Assembly: GCA_963771465.1 (NCBI GenBank)
Contig: CAVYTU010000006.1
Span: forward strand, 32,001-96,000
Length of the DNA stretch: 64,000 nucleotides
Source: an uncultured delta proteobacterium
Lineage (GTDB): Bacteria; Desulfobacterota; Binatia; UBA9968
Direction of reading: 5' to 3'
The position numbers and the translations under genes are program-made. Position 1 is the stretch's first letter. The number at the start of each line of letters is the position of its first letter. Positions 19,853-29,545 of this stretch are shown here, in pieces. The notes below the pieces were generated by a model. It was not told the origin of the DNA. It did not search any database and worked only from the letters and a program-made list of their open reading frames with translations.

Positions 19853-20953
19853 TCAATTTGCTGGGTGCCGCGCGAACCGGTGATTGTCAGCCGTCAAGTT
19901 TTGCGGCGTGGCATCAAGGAAGTCGAAAGCCACGCTCAAACGCCTAGCGTCACCGCTGATTCTATGGGTTTTAGGCGCCGAGGAATAATTGAATAAAAAC
20001 CGCACGTGATTGTTGCCGCTTTGAATTACGCCATTGGGAACGTCGAACTCATACCAGTGCCAGCCCTGTTCCAGAAGCATCTTGACGACGGAAATTTTGT
20101 TTATTTCAACTTCGACAAATTGGCACGACCGCCCCCTTCCGACATAGGGAGAGAGATTCATTCGCCAGCGGTAACCGGCCGCGCTGGTGAATCGCGGGCT
20201 CATTTCCGAACGGAGGCCCTCGGCCCAGACCACCGACTGGTGGCCGCCTTTCCAAAGCTCGTCGATGGACCAGCCGCCGCCGAGCACGCGGCGAACTCCC
20301 GGCGTGCCAAAGTCGAATCTAATCGTTCCCGGCGAGATATTTTTAGCCGGCGTATCGGCGATTCGGTAGGAGCCGACTCCCGTTTCCATGGCGTAGAAAT
20401 ATGCTGTGGCGCAGAGCGCGACGCCACCGACCGCAAACCAACTGATGCGGCGGGTGAACGAAGACGTGGGCCATGGTGCGCGACCGACCAATCGACGGGT
20501 AATAAAATATCCGGTGAGCGCGCCCACTGACCCGCCGGCGAAAACATCGATCAAAAAGTGCGCGCGAAAATAAAGGCGCGATATGGCGGTCCAAGTCGCC
20601 AAGAGAAAATACAGCGGCGTGAGAGCGGGGAAAGAGACGCTGAGCGTGGATGCGATCGCGAAGGCTGTCCCGGAATGGCCGGATGGAAAAGCGTAACTGC
20701 CGGCCGACCTCGGGCGCGGCATCTGAAAGATATGCTTGAGAGCTTCGATGAGCATCCCTGTGCTGGCGATGGATAAAAGCACGGCGACGCCGGCGAGTTT
20801 GAAGTGTTGATTTTGGCGCTTGTAGCCAACGGCGATCAGAGCGAGGCCGAGCGGCACGCCGAAGTATCCCTGGCCGTTGTAACCGAGGATAGCCATCGCG
20901 TAGTAGACGAAAGACTCCCGTAGCAATTCGCAGCCAAGATAGAGTGGATCCAT
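19853..20953 (-). CDS. PAP2-family membrane phosphatase with an extra C-terminal extracytoplasmic domain
   Basis: KHIFQMPRP, FPSGH, SRLYFRAHFLIDV; TM helix, then about 150 aa of beta-rich sequence. Confidence 0.85.
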   Translation of the reverse strand: MDPLYLGCELLRESFVYYAMAILGYNGQGYFGVPLGLALIAVGYKRQNQHFKLAGVAVLLSIASTGMLIEALKHIFQMPRPRSAGSYAFPSGHSGTAFAIASTLSVSFPALTPLYFLLATWTAISRLYFRAHFLIDVFAGGSVGALTGYFITRRLVGRAPWPTSSFTRRISWFAVGGVALCATAYFYAMETGVGSYRIADTPAKNISPGTIRFDFGTPGVRRVLGGGWSIDELWKGGHQSVVWAEGLRSEMSPRFTSAAGYRWRMNLSPYVGRGRSCQFVEVEINKISVVKMLLEQGWHWYEFDVPNGVIQSGNNHVRFLFNYSSAPKTHRISGDARRLSVAFDFLDATPQNLTADNHRFARHPAN

Positions 20954-21086
20954 GATGGCATTTCCTCGCGATCAGATGCGAAACAGCTGATCGAAAGAAG
21001 ACTGATCGCAGCGATATAAGTTTGTCAGAGTTGCGCGTCCGTCCGGCGAAACTTTCATTTCCGTTTCCATGCTTGCTCCACAAACA

Positions 21087-21128
21087 CAAAGGCCAAGAAC
21101 AGCAGCCTCCCAATGTTCTTGGCCTTTG
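21087..21128 (-). terminator. Intrinsic terminator after the SWIB gene
   Basis: 15-bp stem CAAAGGCCAAGAACA / TGTTCTTGGCCTTTG, followed by TGTTTG on the minus strand. Confidence 0.7.
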
Positions 21129-21149
21129 AAATCCGCGCGGGCGAAAGGA

Positions 21150-21434
21150 TTACTTAACGTGCTTGCTCACCAACTTGGTCATCTCGAACATGGTGACCGT
21201 TTTCTTGCCGCCAAACACTGCCTTCAGGGCGTCGTCGGCATTGATGTTGGTTCTTTTCTTTTTGTCCTGCAGGCCGTTCTTCTTGATGTAGACCCACAGT
21301 TTTTTGGTTAGCTCGGTGCGCGGGATCGGCTTGTTGCCGACGACCGCGCTCAACGCTGTGTCCGGCTGCACCGGTTTCATGAACGCCGCGTTGGGTTTTC
21401 TTTTCTTCGCCGCTTTCTTTTTTGCTGCTGCCAT
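21150..21434 (-). CDS. Stand-alone SWIB/MDM2 domain protein
   Basis: MAAAKKKAAKKRKPNAAFMKP..., RTELTKKLWVYIKKNGLQD..RTNINADDALK.VFG, MFEMTKL; AGGAGG RBS. Confidence 0.92.
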   Translation of the reverse strand: MAAAKKKAAKKRKPNAAFMKPVQPDTALSAVVGNKPIPRTELTKKLWVYIKKNGLQDKKKRTNINADDALKAVFGGKKTVTMFEMTKLVSKHVK

Positions 21435-21510
21435 TCTGTTTCCTCCTTCAGGAAATAAATTTATTTCGTCAAGATATAGCAGAGGAGCGCGATCTTTGCC
21501 AATGAATTTT

Positions 21511-23244
21511 TTAGTTTTTTCCTCGTAAAAGACGCGTATTGGCCTCGTCGAGCCGGGCGTCGCCGCTGGCGATCTGAACCGCGACGCCGTAATCGGCCAT
21601 GGCTCTCGCGACCGATACATAGCCTTGGCGCACGTCTTCAACGACTTTATCCAGCGGGCGCCGGCGCGGGTCGCCAAGGCCGCCGCCGCCGGGCCGCTCG
21701 ACTCGGATGGTGTCGTTGTACTGGAGGCGGTGGTCGCCGAAGCGCGACGGCAGATGCTTGGCATCTTTTGATTCGGAATTGACCACGCATGCGCCCTTGC
21801 CGCCGGCGCGGCCGTCGTCGCTGCCAAAAGGCGCGATGGCGTGTTTGTCCGTGCGCATGGAGAAACGCACTTCGTCGGCGAGGATTCGATAGTCACGGAC
21901 AAAGCCGAGGCCGCCGCGCCACTCGCCGGCGCCGCCGGAGTCCGGGGTCATTTCAAAGCGTTCGACCCGAGTGGGGAATTCCGACTCGATGATCTCGATG
22001 GGGGCGGTTTTGCAGTTACTTAGGTGGAATGCAGTCGCCGAAACGCCGTCTTTGCCCGAGCGCGCGCCGGTGCCGCCGCTAAAAATCTCGTAGTGTACAT
22101 AGGCGCGATTGGACTGCGCGTCGCGCCCGCCGAGCACCAGCGCGGCGCTGCCGGAGCCGCCGGCGATACGTTTGTCGGGGACGAAGGGCGCGAGCGCGCG
22201 GAGAATGGCTTCCGCCGCGGTGAGCGCGGTTGGCATGTAAGTATTGACCGCGGCGGGAAAGCGCGGGTTAACAACGCTGCCGTCGCGAAAGGTAGCCTCG
22301 ATGACGCGGGCGAGTCCTTGATTGATCGGCAGGAAACGGTCGACCAGCGCGACCAGGCAGTAGGCGCAGGCGGCGCGCACCAGCGGCGGGCGAATGTTTG
22401 CCGGCCCCTGGGTTTGATCGCTGGAGCCGCTGAAGTCGAAGTGGAGTCTGTCGCCGGTTTTCTTAACTTTAACGTGAATGCGGATCGGCTTGCTAAGATC
22501 GATACCGTCGTGGTCGACGAAGCTTTCGCCTTCGGACTCGCCTTCGGGCCACGCTGCAATCGTCTGACGCACCCGGTTCTCCGTATAGGCTGAGAGCCTC
22601 TCGGTCGACTCGATGATCGTCGCTTTGCCGTAACGCTGCATGAGCTCGCCGATACGTCTTTCGCCCAAGCGCGCTGCGCCGACTTGACCGCGCAGGTCGC
22701 CGATCACGAGCGCCGGCGTGCGGCTGTTGGCGGCGATCATCGCTTCAATTTCCTTCACCGGTCTTAGCTCGGCCATGAATTTTACCGCCGGCAGATGCAA
22801 GCCTTCTTGATAGATTTCCCGAGCGTTGCCTGAGCCGCTCCCCGGCACGGTGCCGCCGATGTCGCTCTTGTGCGCCATGTTGGCGGCGAAGCCGATCCAT
22901 TCATTCTCATAATAGATCGGCGTGAAGACGCCCATGTCGGGCGCATGGGGACTGCCGCCGAGATAAGGATGGTTGATGATGAAGGCATCGCCGGGGTGAA
23001 TCTCATCGAGCCTAAACGTTTTTAGAATCGCCGCGGCGCAGGCGGGGAAGGCCCCCATGTGGAGTGGCAGCACGACATGCTGCGCGATCACTTCGCCTTG
23101 GGTATTCAAGATTGCGCAACTGGCGTCCTGGGACTCGCGAATGATCGTTGAGTAGCCGGTGCGAAAGAGCGAGTTCTGCATCTCCTGGACGATGCCGGCC
23201 AGGCGCGCTTGGATGACTTGGAGAGTGATCGGGTCGATGGACAT
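21511..23244 (-). CDS. Hydantoinase B/oxoprolinase family protein (copy 2)
   Basis: IDPITLQVI, RTGYSTIIRESQD, NHPYLGGSPHAPD, AHKSDIGG, IYQEGL, DSGGAG..RGG, PGGGGLG. Confidence 0.93.
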   Translation of the reverse strand: MSIDPITLQVIQARLAGIVQEMQNSLFRTGYSTIIRESQDASCAILNTQGEVIAQHVVLPLHMGAFPACAAAILKTFRLDEIHPGDAFIINHPYLGGSPHAPDMGVFTPIYYENEWIGFAANMAHKSDIGGTVPGSGSGNAREIYQEGLHLPAVKFMAELRPVKEIEAMIAANSRTPALVIGDLRGQVGAARLGERRIGELMQRYGKATIIESTERLSAYTENRVRQTIAAWPEGESEGESFVDHDGIDLSKPIRIHVKVKKTGDRLHFDFSGSSDQTQGPANIRPPLVRAACAYCLVALVDRFLPINQGLARVIEATFRDGSVVNPRFPAAVNTYMPTALTAAEAILRALAPFVPDKRIAGGSGSAALVLGGRDAQSNRAYVHYEIFSGGTGARSGKDGVSATAFHLSNCKTAPIEIIESEFPTRVERFEMTPDSGGAGEWRGGLGFVRDYRILADEVRFSMRTDKHAIAPFGSDDGRAGGKGACVVNSESKDAKHLPSRFGDHRLQYNDTIRVERPGGGGLGDPRRRPLDKVVEDVRQGYVSVARAMADYGVAVQIASGDARLDEANTRLLRGKN

Positions 23245-23297
23245 TTGTAGGAGGCAAAATTAAAAAGGCAGATGAAAGAAGGATCTATTTGGCCGCT

Positions 23298-25031
23298 TCA
23301 TGGCGCATCGCGCAGTGCCCGCGTTTGCTTCCCATTCACAACGTAGTCACCATCCGCGTTGTCGATGACAACGCGGTAGACTTCGCGCGCTTTCTTTTGT
23401 GTCACGTAGCCGTTGCGCACGTCGTTCAAGACGCGCGCGGGGTCGCGTGTAAGCGGGTTGCCCAGTCCGCCGCCGCCGGGAGTTTCGAGACTGAAGACCT
23501 CGCCGGGATGGAGCACGTGGTCGGAGAAGCGCGACGGGATCACTCGTTCGCCGGTTTTTCCCGGATTTAAAACGCAGTGGCCGGTCTTGCCGTCGCTGCC
23601 GCCATCGATGCCCTTAGGGGCGACCGTATGTTTGGTCGAGCGCAACGAGAAACGCGCGTCGTTGTCGAGCACTTCGTACTCGCGCACGAAGCCCAAGCCG
23701 CCGCGAAACGCTCCTGGTCCGCCGGAGTCGGCGATCAGTTCAAAGCGATTTACCCGGGTGGCAAATTCCGATTCGATTATTTCAATCGGCGCGATCTTGG
23801 CATTGGATTGATTGACGTTGGTACCCGACACGCCGTCCTTGCCGCTGCGGCCGCCGGAACCGCCGCCGAAGATTTCATACTGGACGTAACCCTTGCCGGT
23901 CTTGTTGCTGCGGCCGCCGATGATGATCGACCGGCTGCTGCAACCGTCGCCGACTTTTTTGTGCGGCGTGATCTGGCTCGACGCTTCGAGCAAGGATTCG
24001 ACTAATGCATGGACGGTTGGATTGTAAGTATTCACCGGCGCGGGAAAGATTGGATTGACGACGCTGCCATCGCGCACTTTGATTTCGATGCAGCGGGCCA
24101 ATCCGTAGTTGATCGCCAGCGCCGGATCGACCAGGCAAGTGAGCAGATAGCAGCAGGCGGCGCGTACGATGGTCGGGCGGATGTTCGCCGGCCCTTTGGT
24201 TTGATCGGCGCAACCGGTGAAGTCGAACAGCAGCCGATCGCCTTTTTTCTCCATACGCACGTGCAGGCGCACCGGTTTATCGAGATCCACGCCGTCGCTG
24301 TCGACGAAACGCTCGCCTGTGCCGACGCCGTTGGGCCACGAGGCGATCTCTTTGCGCACTTTGGCTTCGGTGCGGTCAAACAATTCATCGAAAGCGGCTA
24401 AAATCGTTGCCTTGCCGTAGCGCTCCATCATTTCTTGAAAGCGCCGTTCGCCCAGGCGCGCCGCGCCCACTTGGCCGCGCAGGTCGCCGATGACCAGCTC
24501 CGGTGTGCGGCTGTTGGCACCGAGCATCGCTTCGATATCTTTGCTGGTTTGAAAATTGTGCACGTACTTGATGGGCGGCACGTGCAAACCCTCCTGGTAA
24601 ATTTCGCGCGCTTGGCTCCAGCAGCTGCCGGGCACCGGACCGCCGATATCGCTTTTGTGCGCCAGGTTCGCCGCGAAGCCGACCCATTCGCCTTGGAAAA
24701 AAATCGGCGAAAGCACTGCCATGTCCGGCGCATGCGGGCTGCCGCCGAGATAGGGATGGTTGGTGATGAAGGCGTCGCCTTCCTGCATCTCGTCGGCCGT
24801 ATAGTTTTTCATAATGCCCGCAGCGCAGGCGGGGAACGCACCCATATGGAGCGGCAAGACGACATGTTGCGCGACGACTTCGCCGGCGCGATTCAAAAGC
24901 GCGCAGCTGGCGTCTTGCGACTCGCGGATAATCGTCGAGTAGCCGGTGCGGAACAAAGAATTTTGCATTTCCTGGACGATGCCGGCCAGGCGCGCTTGGA
25001 TGACTTGCAGGGTGACGGGATCGACGGTCAT
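23298..25031 (-). CDS. Hydantoinase B/oxoprolinase family protein (copy 1)
   Basis: Same motif set as the neighbouring copy; both are 577 aa. Confidence 0.93.
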   Translation of the reverse strand: MTVDPVTLQVIQARLAGIVQEMQNSLFRTGYSTIIRESQDASCALLNRAGEVVAQHVVLPLHMGAFPACAAGIMKNYTADEMQEGDAFITNHPYLGGSPHAPDMAVLSPIFFQGEWVGFAANLAHKSDIGGPVPGSCWSQAREIYQEGLHVPPIKYVHNFQTSKDIEAMLGANSRTPELVIGDLRGQVGAARLGERRFQEMMERYGKATILAAFDELFDRTEAKVRKEIASWPNGVGTGERFVDSDGVDLDKPVRLHVRMEKKGDRLLFDFTGCADQTKGPANIRPTIVRAACCYLLTCLVDPALAINYGLARCIEIKVRDGSVVNPIFPAPVNTYNPTVHALVESLLEASSQITPHKKVGDGCSSRSIIIGGRSNKTGKGYVQYEIFGGGSGGRSGKDGVSGTNVNQSNAKIAPIEIIESEFATRVNRFELIADSGGPGAFRGGLGFVREYEVLDNDARFSLRSTKHTVAPKGIDGGSDGKTGHCVLNPGKTGERVIPSRFSDHVLHPGEVFSLETPGGGGLGNPLTRDPARVLNDVRNGYVTQKKAREVYRVVIDNADGDYVVNGKQTRALRDAP

Positions 25032-25089
25032 AAAATTTCAGGCATGAGGCGCGCGCCAACAGGCTGGCGGGAACAGGGAAAAGACCGGC

Positions 25090-27162
25090 TCACGCCTTTT
25101 TCTCCTTAACAAGGATATTCCGATAATCATCGACGGCTGCTTCTTGCTCGGGTTGGATCACTGTCGTGGTGTCCAACTGCTCGACGATCGCCGGCCCGGG
25201 AATTTTGTGGCCCGGCTCAAGCAGGTCGCGGTTATAAACTTGCGTCATCAGCACGCCATGTTCTTTGCCGAAGAAGACTTTACGCGCGCCGGTTTTCGCC
25301 GCGTCCACTTTGCGTCCAGTGACTTTTCCTGGCGACAATTTCGCCTGCGGCACCAGACCGAGGGAAATGAGCCGCAAGCTCACTAGCTCGACGGGCTCGG
25401 TCTCGGCTTTGTGGCCGGAATTCTGCTCGTGCATGGTGTCGAAACGGCCGCACATAAGGGTCAGATCATGCTTGGTAAACGGCGGCATCGGCGAGGGCAC
25501 GGTGAGTTCGTAACCTTGCCCCGCGTAGCGCAGATCGAGGTAGGGCTCGATTTTAATTTCATCTTCAGCAAAATCTTCACTCTGTAGATCGGCTTTGGCG
25601 CGCTCGATCAACTGGTGAAACATGTCGTTGATCTCGGCCAAATCCAAGTCCTCGAGGCCAACCAATTTGGAGCGCACGTAGTCGTGTTTCACATCCGACA
25701 TTAACAAGCCTAGCGCCGAGTGCACCCCGGGCGTGAGCGGCACGAGCACCGACGGAATTCCCAAATCGAGCGCCATGCGGCCCGCGTGCATCGGCCCGCC
25801 GCCGCCGAAAGCGACCAGCGTGAAGTCGCGGATGTCGTAACCGCGCGCGGACGACACGGCTTTGATCGCTTCTTCCATCTTGGCGTCGATGATCTTCAAT
25901 ACTCCGTCGGCGGCTTCGAGCAAGTCGAGCTTCAACGGCTTGGCGATTTTTTCTTGCAGGACGCGCTCGGCTTTCGCCTTATCGAGCTTCATGCGGCCGC
26001 CGAGAAAGTGTTCGGGATCGAGCACACCGCAAACCATGTTCGCATCGGTGACCGTGATGTTTTCGCCGCCGCGGTCATAGCAAACCGGGCCGGGGTCGGC
26101 GCCGGCGCTGTCGGGACCAACTTGCAGACCGCCGACGGCGTCGATGCGCGCGATGGTGCCGCCGCCGGCGCTGACCGTGTGGATGTCGAGCATCGGTAGC
26201 GCGATCGGCCGCAGATTAATCTTCCCTTGCGTGGTGATCACCGGATTGCCTTGATGAATCAGCGCGACATCGCAACTCGTGCCGCCCATGTCGAACGTGA
26301 TGATGTTGTTGATGCCGACGCGTTCGCAAGTACCCATCGACGCGATGACGCCGCCGGCCGGGCCCGAGAGCACGGTGGCCACCGGTTTTTCCGCCGAGCC
26401 TTTGAATGTCGACACGCCGCCGTTGGACTGCATGATGTAGAGCTTGGGCGTAGTGACGCCCAATTCTCTCATTCGGCTTTCAAGGCGGCCCAAGTAATTC
26501 GCCATCACCGGCGCGATGTAGGCGTTGATCACCGTCGTGCTCAGCCGATAAAACTCGCGGATCTGTGGCAAGACTTCATAAGACAGAGACAACCGCGCTT
26601 CGGGAAATTCCTTGGCGAAGATCTCTTTGATCTTGAGCTCGTGGGCGGGATTCATAAATGAGAATAGAAAACAAACCGCCACCGACTGGACGCCTTTTTT
26701 CTTCAAACTTCGCACCGCTTCAATCGACGCCTCGACGTCGATGGGCGTCAGCGCGTTGCCCTTGAAGTCGACCCGCTCGGGAACTTCTTCGGTTAAATAC
26801 GGCGGCGCGAGCAATCTCGGCTTTTCAAAAAATAGATCGTAGGTCGCCGGGCCGTAGCCGCGCGTCTGCTCCATGACTTCATAGATGCCGCGAAAACCTT
26901 GGGTCACCAGCAATCCGGTCTTGGCGCCTTTTTCTTCGAGCAGCGCGTTGGTGCCGACGGTGGTGCCGTGGCAAAAAAACGAGATGTCGCCCGCCGCCAC
27001 GCCCGGATCGACCAATTCTTTGACGCCGTTCAAAACCGCTTGAAACGGTTCTTTGGGCGTCGACGGAACTTTCGTGATGGAGATTTCGCCGCTGTCTTCG
27101 TTGAAGAAAACAAAATCAGAAAACGTGCCCCCGGTGTCTACGGTAACTCGATACTTCGACAT
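25090..27162 (-). CDS. Hydantoinase A/oxoprolinase family protein (ATP-binding subunit)
   Basis: DTGGTFSD, HGTTVGTNAL, SGPAGG, DMGGTSCD, GPDSAGADPGP, FGGGGPMH. Confidence 0.94.
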   Translation of the reverse strand: MSKYRVTVDTGGTFSDFVFFNEDSGEISITKVPSTPKEPFQAVLNGVKELVDPGVAAGDISFFCHGTTVGTNALLEEKGAKTGLLVTQGFRGIYEVMEQTRGYGPATYDLFFEKPRLLAPPYLTEEVPERVDFKGNALTPIDVEASIEAVRSLKKKGVQSVAVCFLFSFMNPAHELKIKEIFAKEFPEARLSLSYEVLPQIREFYRLSTTVINAYIAPVMANYLGRLESRMRELGVTTPKLYIMQSNGGVSTFKGSAEKPVATVLSGPAGGVIASMGTCERVGINNIITFDMGGTSCDVALIHQGNPVITTQGKINLRPIALPMLDIHTVSAGGGTIARIDAVGGLQVGPDSAGADPGPVCYDRGGENITVTDANMVCGVLDPEHFLGGRMKLDKAKAERVLQEKIAKPLKLDLLEAADGVLKIIDAKMEEAIKAVSSARGYDIRDFTLVAFGGGGPMHAGRMALDLGIPSVLVPLTPGVHSALGLLMSDVKHDYVRSKLVGLEDLDLAEINDMFHQLIERAKADLQSEDFAEDEIKIEPYLDLRYAGQGYELTVPSPMPPFTKHDLTLMCGRFDTMHEQNSGHKAETEPVELVSLRLISLGLVPQAKLSPGKVTGRKVDAAKTGARKVFFGKEHGVLMTQVYNRDLLEPGHKIPGPAIVEQLDTTTVIQPEQEAAVDDYRNILVKEKKA

Positions 27163-27588
27163 AGTCCGTTTCGTCTACCATTAAAAATTTTGGGGTTCAA
27201 TCTTGCGACGCGTGTCGTCGACGCAATTGCCATTCAGGATCCCACTGATTCCATAACCATTAATGGCTAGGGAGATTTGCCCGTCGGCTGTGGATTTCGA
27301 TGTTGATTGCTACAGGCGCGCCGCGATGGTGTTAGATTGTCGAATTATTTTCCCGATCGATTAAGCATCGACCGCCAGGCAGTGATCTACCGACAATGCG
27401 CCCAAAAGTGCCGCGATGTCCTCTCAGGCGAGTCGGTGTTGCCCGAATAGCCGTGGTCAGTGATAGTGCCGGCCGTCCCTGCCTGTGACACATTGCCAAA
27501 TGCCGCTGTCATGTAAGCTTTTCGAACGCTTTTCCGAGTCGAAACTATTCGTTGTGACGTCGTCACTTGGCTATCGCTTGCAAGCTTT

Positions 27589-27609
27589 TCTGTAAATTCT
27601 CTTTACAGA
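27589..27609. promoter_or_regulatory. TGTAAA-N5-TTTACA inverted repeat (PEP-CTERM-box-like enhancer site)
   Basis: TCTGTAAA-TTCTC-TTTACAGA about 100 nt upstream of a PEP-CTERM gene; imperfect sigma54-like TGGTAT-N5-TTAC at 27651-27665. Confidence 0.55.
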
Positions 27610-27709
27610 CAATTTGGCAATCGCCCGCGGCGATGCCGCGACAAACATTCTGGTATGACCGTTACGTTAGTACTTGCGCGGATGGACAGAATCATTTGGG
27701 AGAAACGAA

Positions 27710-28323
27710 ATGATCGACAATAAATTTACGCGGGTTCTGACGATCGCCGTGTGTTTCGCAGTGACGCTTTTCGCAACCAGGGCATGGGCCGTTCCGGTGA
27801 CCTGGAATGAATCCGGTGATGCCGGCAACACGCCGGGGACGGCGCAGACACCGATCGGCACCGGCCAGTCGATATTATCATTGGCACCCTGAGTCCGGCG
27901 ACTGACACCGACGTTTTTCGAATCTACATCCCCAATCCTGACATCTTCGCCTTAAATATGATTGGTACAGCTCTGACGCCGTACGAAGTATTGGGCAATG
28001 ATACTGAGGTTTATGTTCTCAACGAGGCGGGTAATTTAATATTTAACCACGACGGCGCTAACTTGGCGCAAGTTAATGCTGGTCAATTGGCTGGGATGCC
28101 CGCTGGCGTCTATTTGATCGCCTATAATCTGTTTAGTAGCACTCCAATCAGTAGCCAGCTGAACCCGATCATCGGCTGGAATGTTAATCCTTATAAGAGC
28201 CAAACCGGCACGGTTTTCCTTAACCTCACCGGCGCGGAGTTCGTGCCGGAGGCGAGTTCCGTATTACTCCTAGGTCTCGGACTCATTGGCATAGCGAGAA
28301 GGTTCAAGAAAGCTAATTCCTAA
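27710..28323 (+). pseudogene. PEP-CTERM sorting-domain surface protein (DVUA0089-like), frameshifted near 27865
   Basis: Signal peptide ...RAWA/VP. Adding one base (GGC CCA GTC GAT) joins the two ORFs: GTGPVDIIIGTLSPATDTDVFRIY...DTEVYVLN. C-terminus VPEASSVLLLGLGLIGIARRFKK. Confidence 0.8.
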
Positions 28324-28343
28324 TCGATTTTCGCCCGCGCCGC

Positions 28344-29423
28344 TCACGCCGCTTGTACCAGCGCGCGGAAGTGGCCGGCTTTGGAGATCGGCGGCAAACC
28401 TTTGACGATCACCTGCCAGCTGTCGCCGAGGTCGTTGCTCGATATTATTTCTCCGGCAGTGGTGGCGGCGTAGATCGCCGTCGAATTTCTCGCTTCTTCC
28501 AAACAGAACGCTTCGATGCTCGCTTGCAAGCGATCGGGCAGGCCGTTTTTCAAAATCTCCCAGCTATGGCCGCCGTCTTTGCTGCGCGAGATGCGCGCGC
28601 CGGCAAAATGGCTCGTGCGCCACGTGCCGGGAGCGTCCTGCGCCGCGGTCATGAACATTAATTTTGGATCGCTCGGACGGAACACAAAGCCGTCGGGATA
28701 GCCGCCGATTTCATCTTCGCGGCGCGTCCACTGTTGCCAACTCGTGCCGGCTTCTGAGCTAGCGTAGAGACCGCGGCCGGTAACGGCATAGAGGAATTTC
28801 GCGTTGGTCGGGTGAATCATCAAACGATGCACGTCTTCGTAAAGATCGGCAAATTCCTCCCAGTGTTCGCCGCCGTCGGTGCTGCGCAAAAGGCCGCCCA
28901 CTTCGATCGACGCATAGACCGTGTTGGGGTTGTCGGGATCGAAGTTGATATGCTTGACGTGGCCGATATGCGGCGGCGCGGGGAAACTCCACTTCGGCAC
29001 ACTCGGTACGGAGCGGAGGTTTGGCAGCTCACTCCAGTTCAAACCCAGATCGTCACTGACAAATAGATGCGCTGGTTCGGTGCCGGCGAAGACGCGCGCA
29101 CGGCCGCCGATGCGCTTGGCGGCCAACGAGTAGACATTGTTTTGCGTCATGCCGTTATTGCGCGCTTCCCAGCTCTTGCCGCCGTCGGCGCTGACCATCA
29201 CGCCGCCGAGAAATGCGCCGGCGAAGGTCAGGCCGCTTTCCGGCTCAGTCATGATCGCGCTGATGTGCTTGTCGGCGATGGCGCGGTTGGTAATGCGCCA
29301 GTCGGAATGACCGGTTTCGCGCTCGATGGTGACCGCGCCTTCCCGGGTGCCGACCAGAATTTGCTGCGATGGAGCCGTGGACGAATAGATGGTCGTGCCG
29401 CCGTGGGATAAGTTGATCGCCAT
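28344..29423 (-). CDS. BNR/Asp-box beta-propeller protein without signal peptide
   Basis: Six SxDxGxxW-like boxes (SADGGKSW, SDDLGLNW, STDGGEHW, SSEAGTSW, SKDGGHSW, SNDLGDSW). Confidence 0.85.
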   Translation of the reverse strand: MAINLSHGGTTIYSSTAPSQQILVGTREGAVTIERETGHSDWRITNRAIADKHISAIMTEPESGLTFAGAFLGGVMVSADGGKSWEARNNGMTQNNVYSLAAKRIGGRARVFAGTEPAHLFVSDDLGLNWSELPNLRSVPSVPKWSFPAPPHIGHVKHINFDPDNPNTVYASIEVGGLLRSTDGGEHWEEFADLYEDVHRLMIHPTNAKFLYAVTGRGLYASSEAGTSWQQWTRREDEIGGYPDGFVFRPSDPKLMFMTAAQDAPGTWRTSHFAGARISRSKDGGHSWEILKNGLPDRLQASIEAFCLEEARNSTAIYAATTAGEIISSNDLGDSWQVIVKGLPPISKAGHFRALVQAA

Positions 29424-29545
29424 GAATTTACCCTCCTAAGTGAGATTGCGAAAAGGTCGAATGATATCGGCCACCATTCCACCTCACTATTTTGCTGTCA
29501 AGTTGGAAACCGAGAGCGAATTTTTCGGTTCATCTCGCGCGCCGA

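Noticed and set aside
21435-21902. 250-aa ORF extending the SWIB gene upstream
   Set aside because: The extension overlaps the hydantoinase B gene in another frame and is low-complexity; a strong RBS marks the real start at 21434
27567-27582. TTGGCTATCGCTTGCA as a sigma54 promoter
   Set aside because: GG-to-GC spacing is 9 rather than 10 nt, and it lies upstream of the putative enhancer
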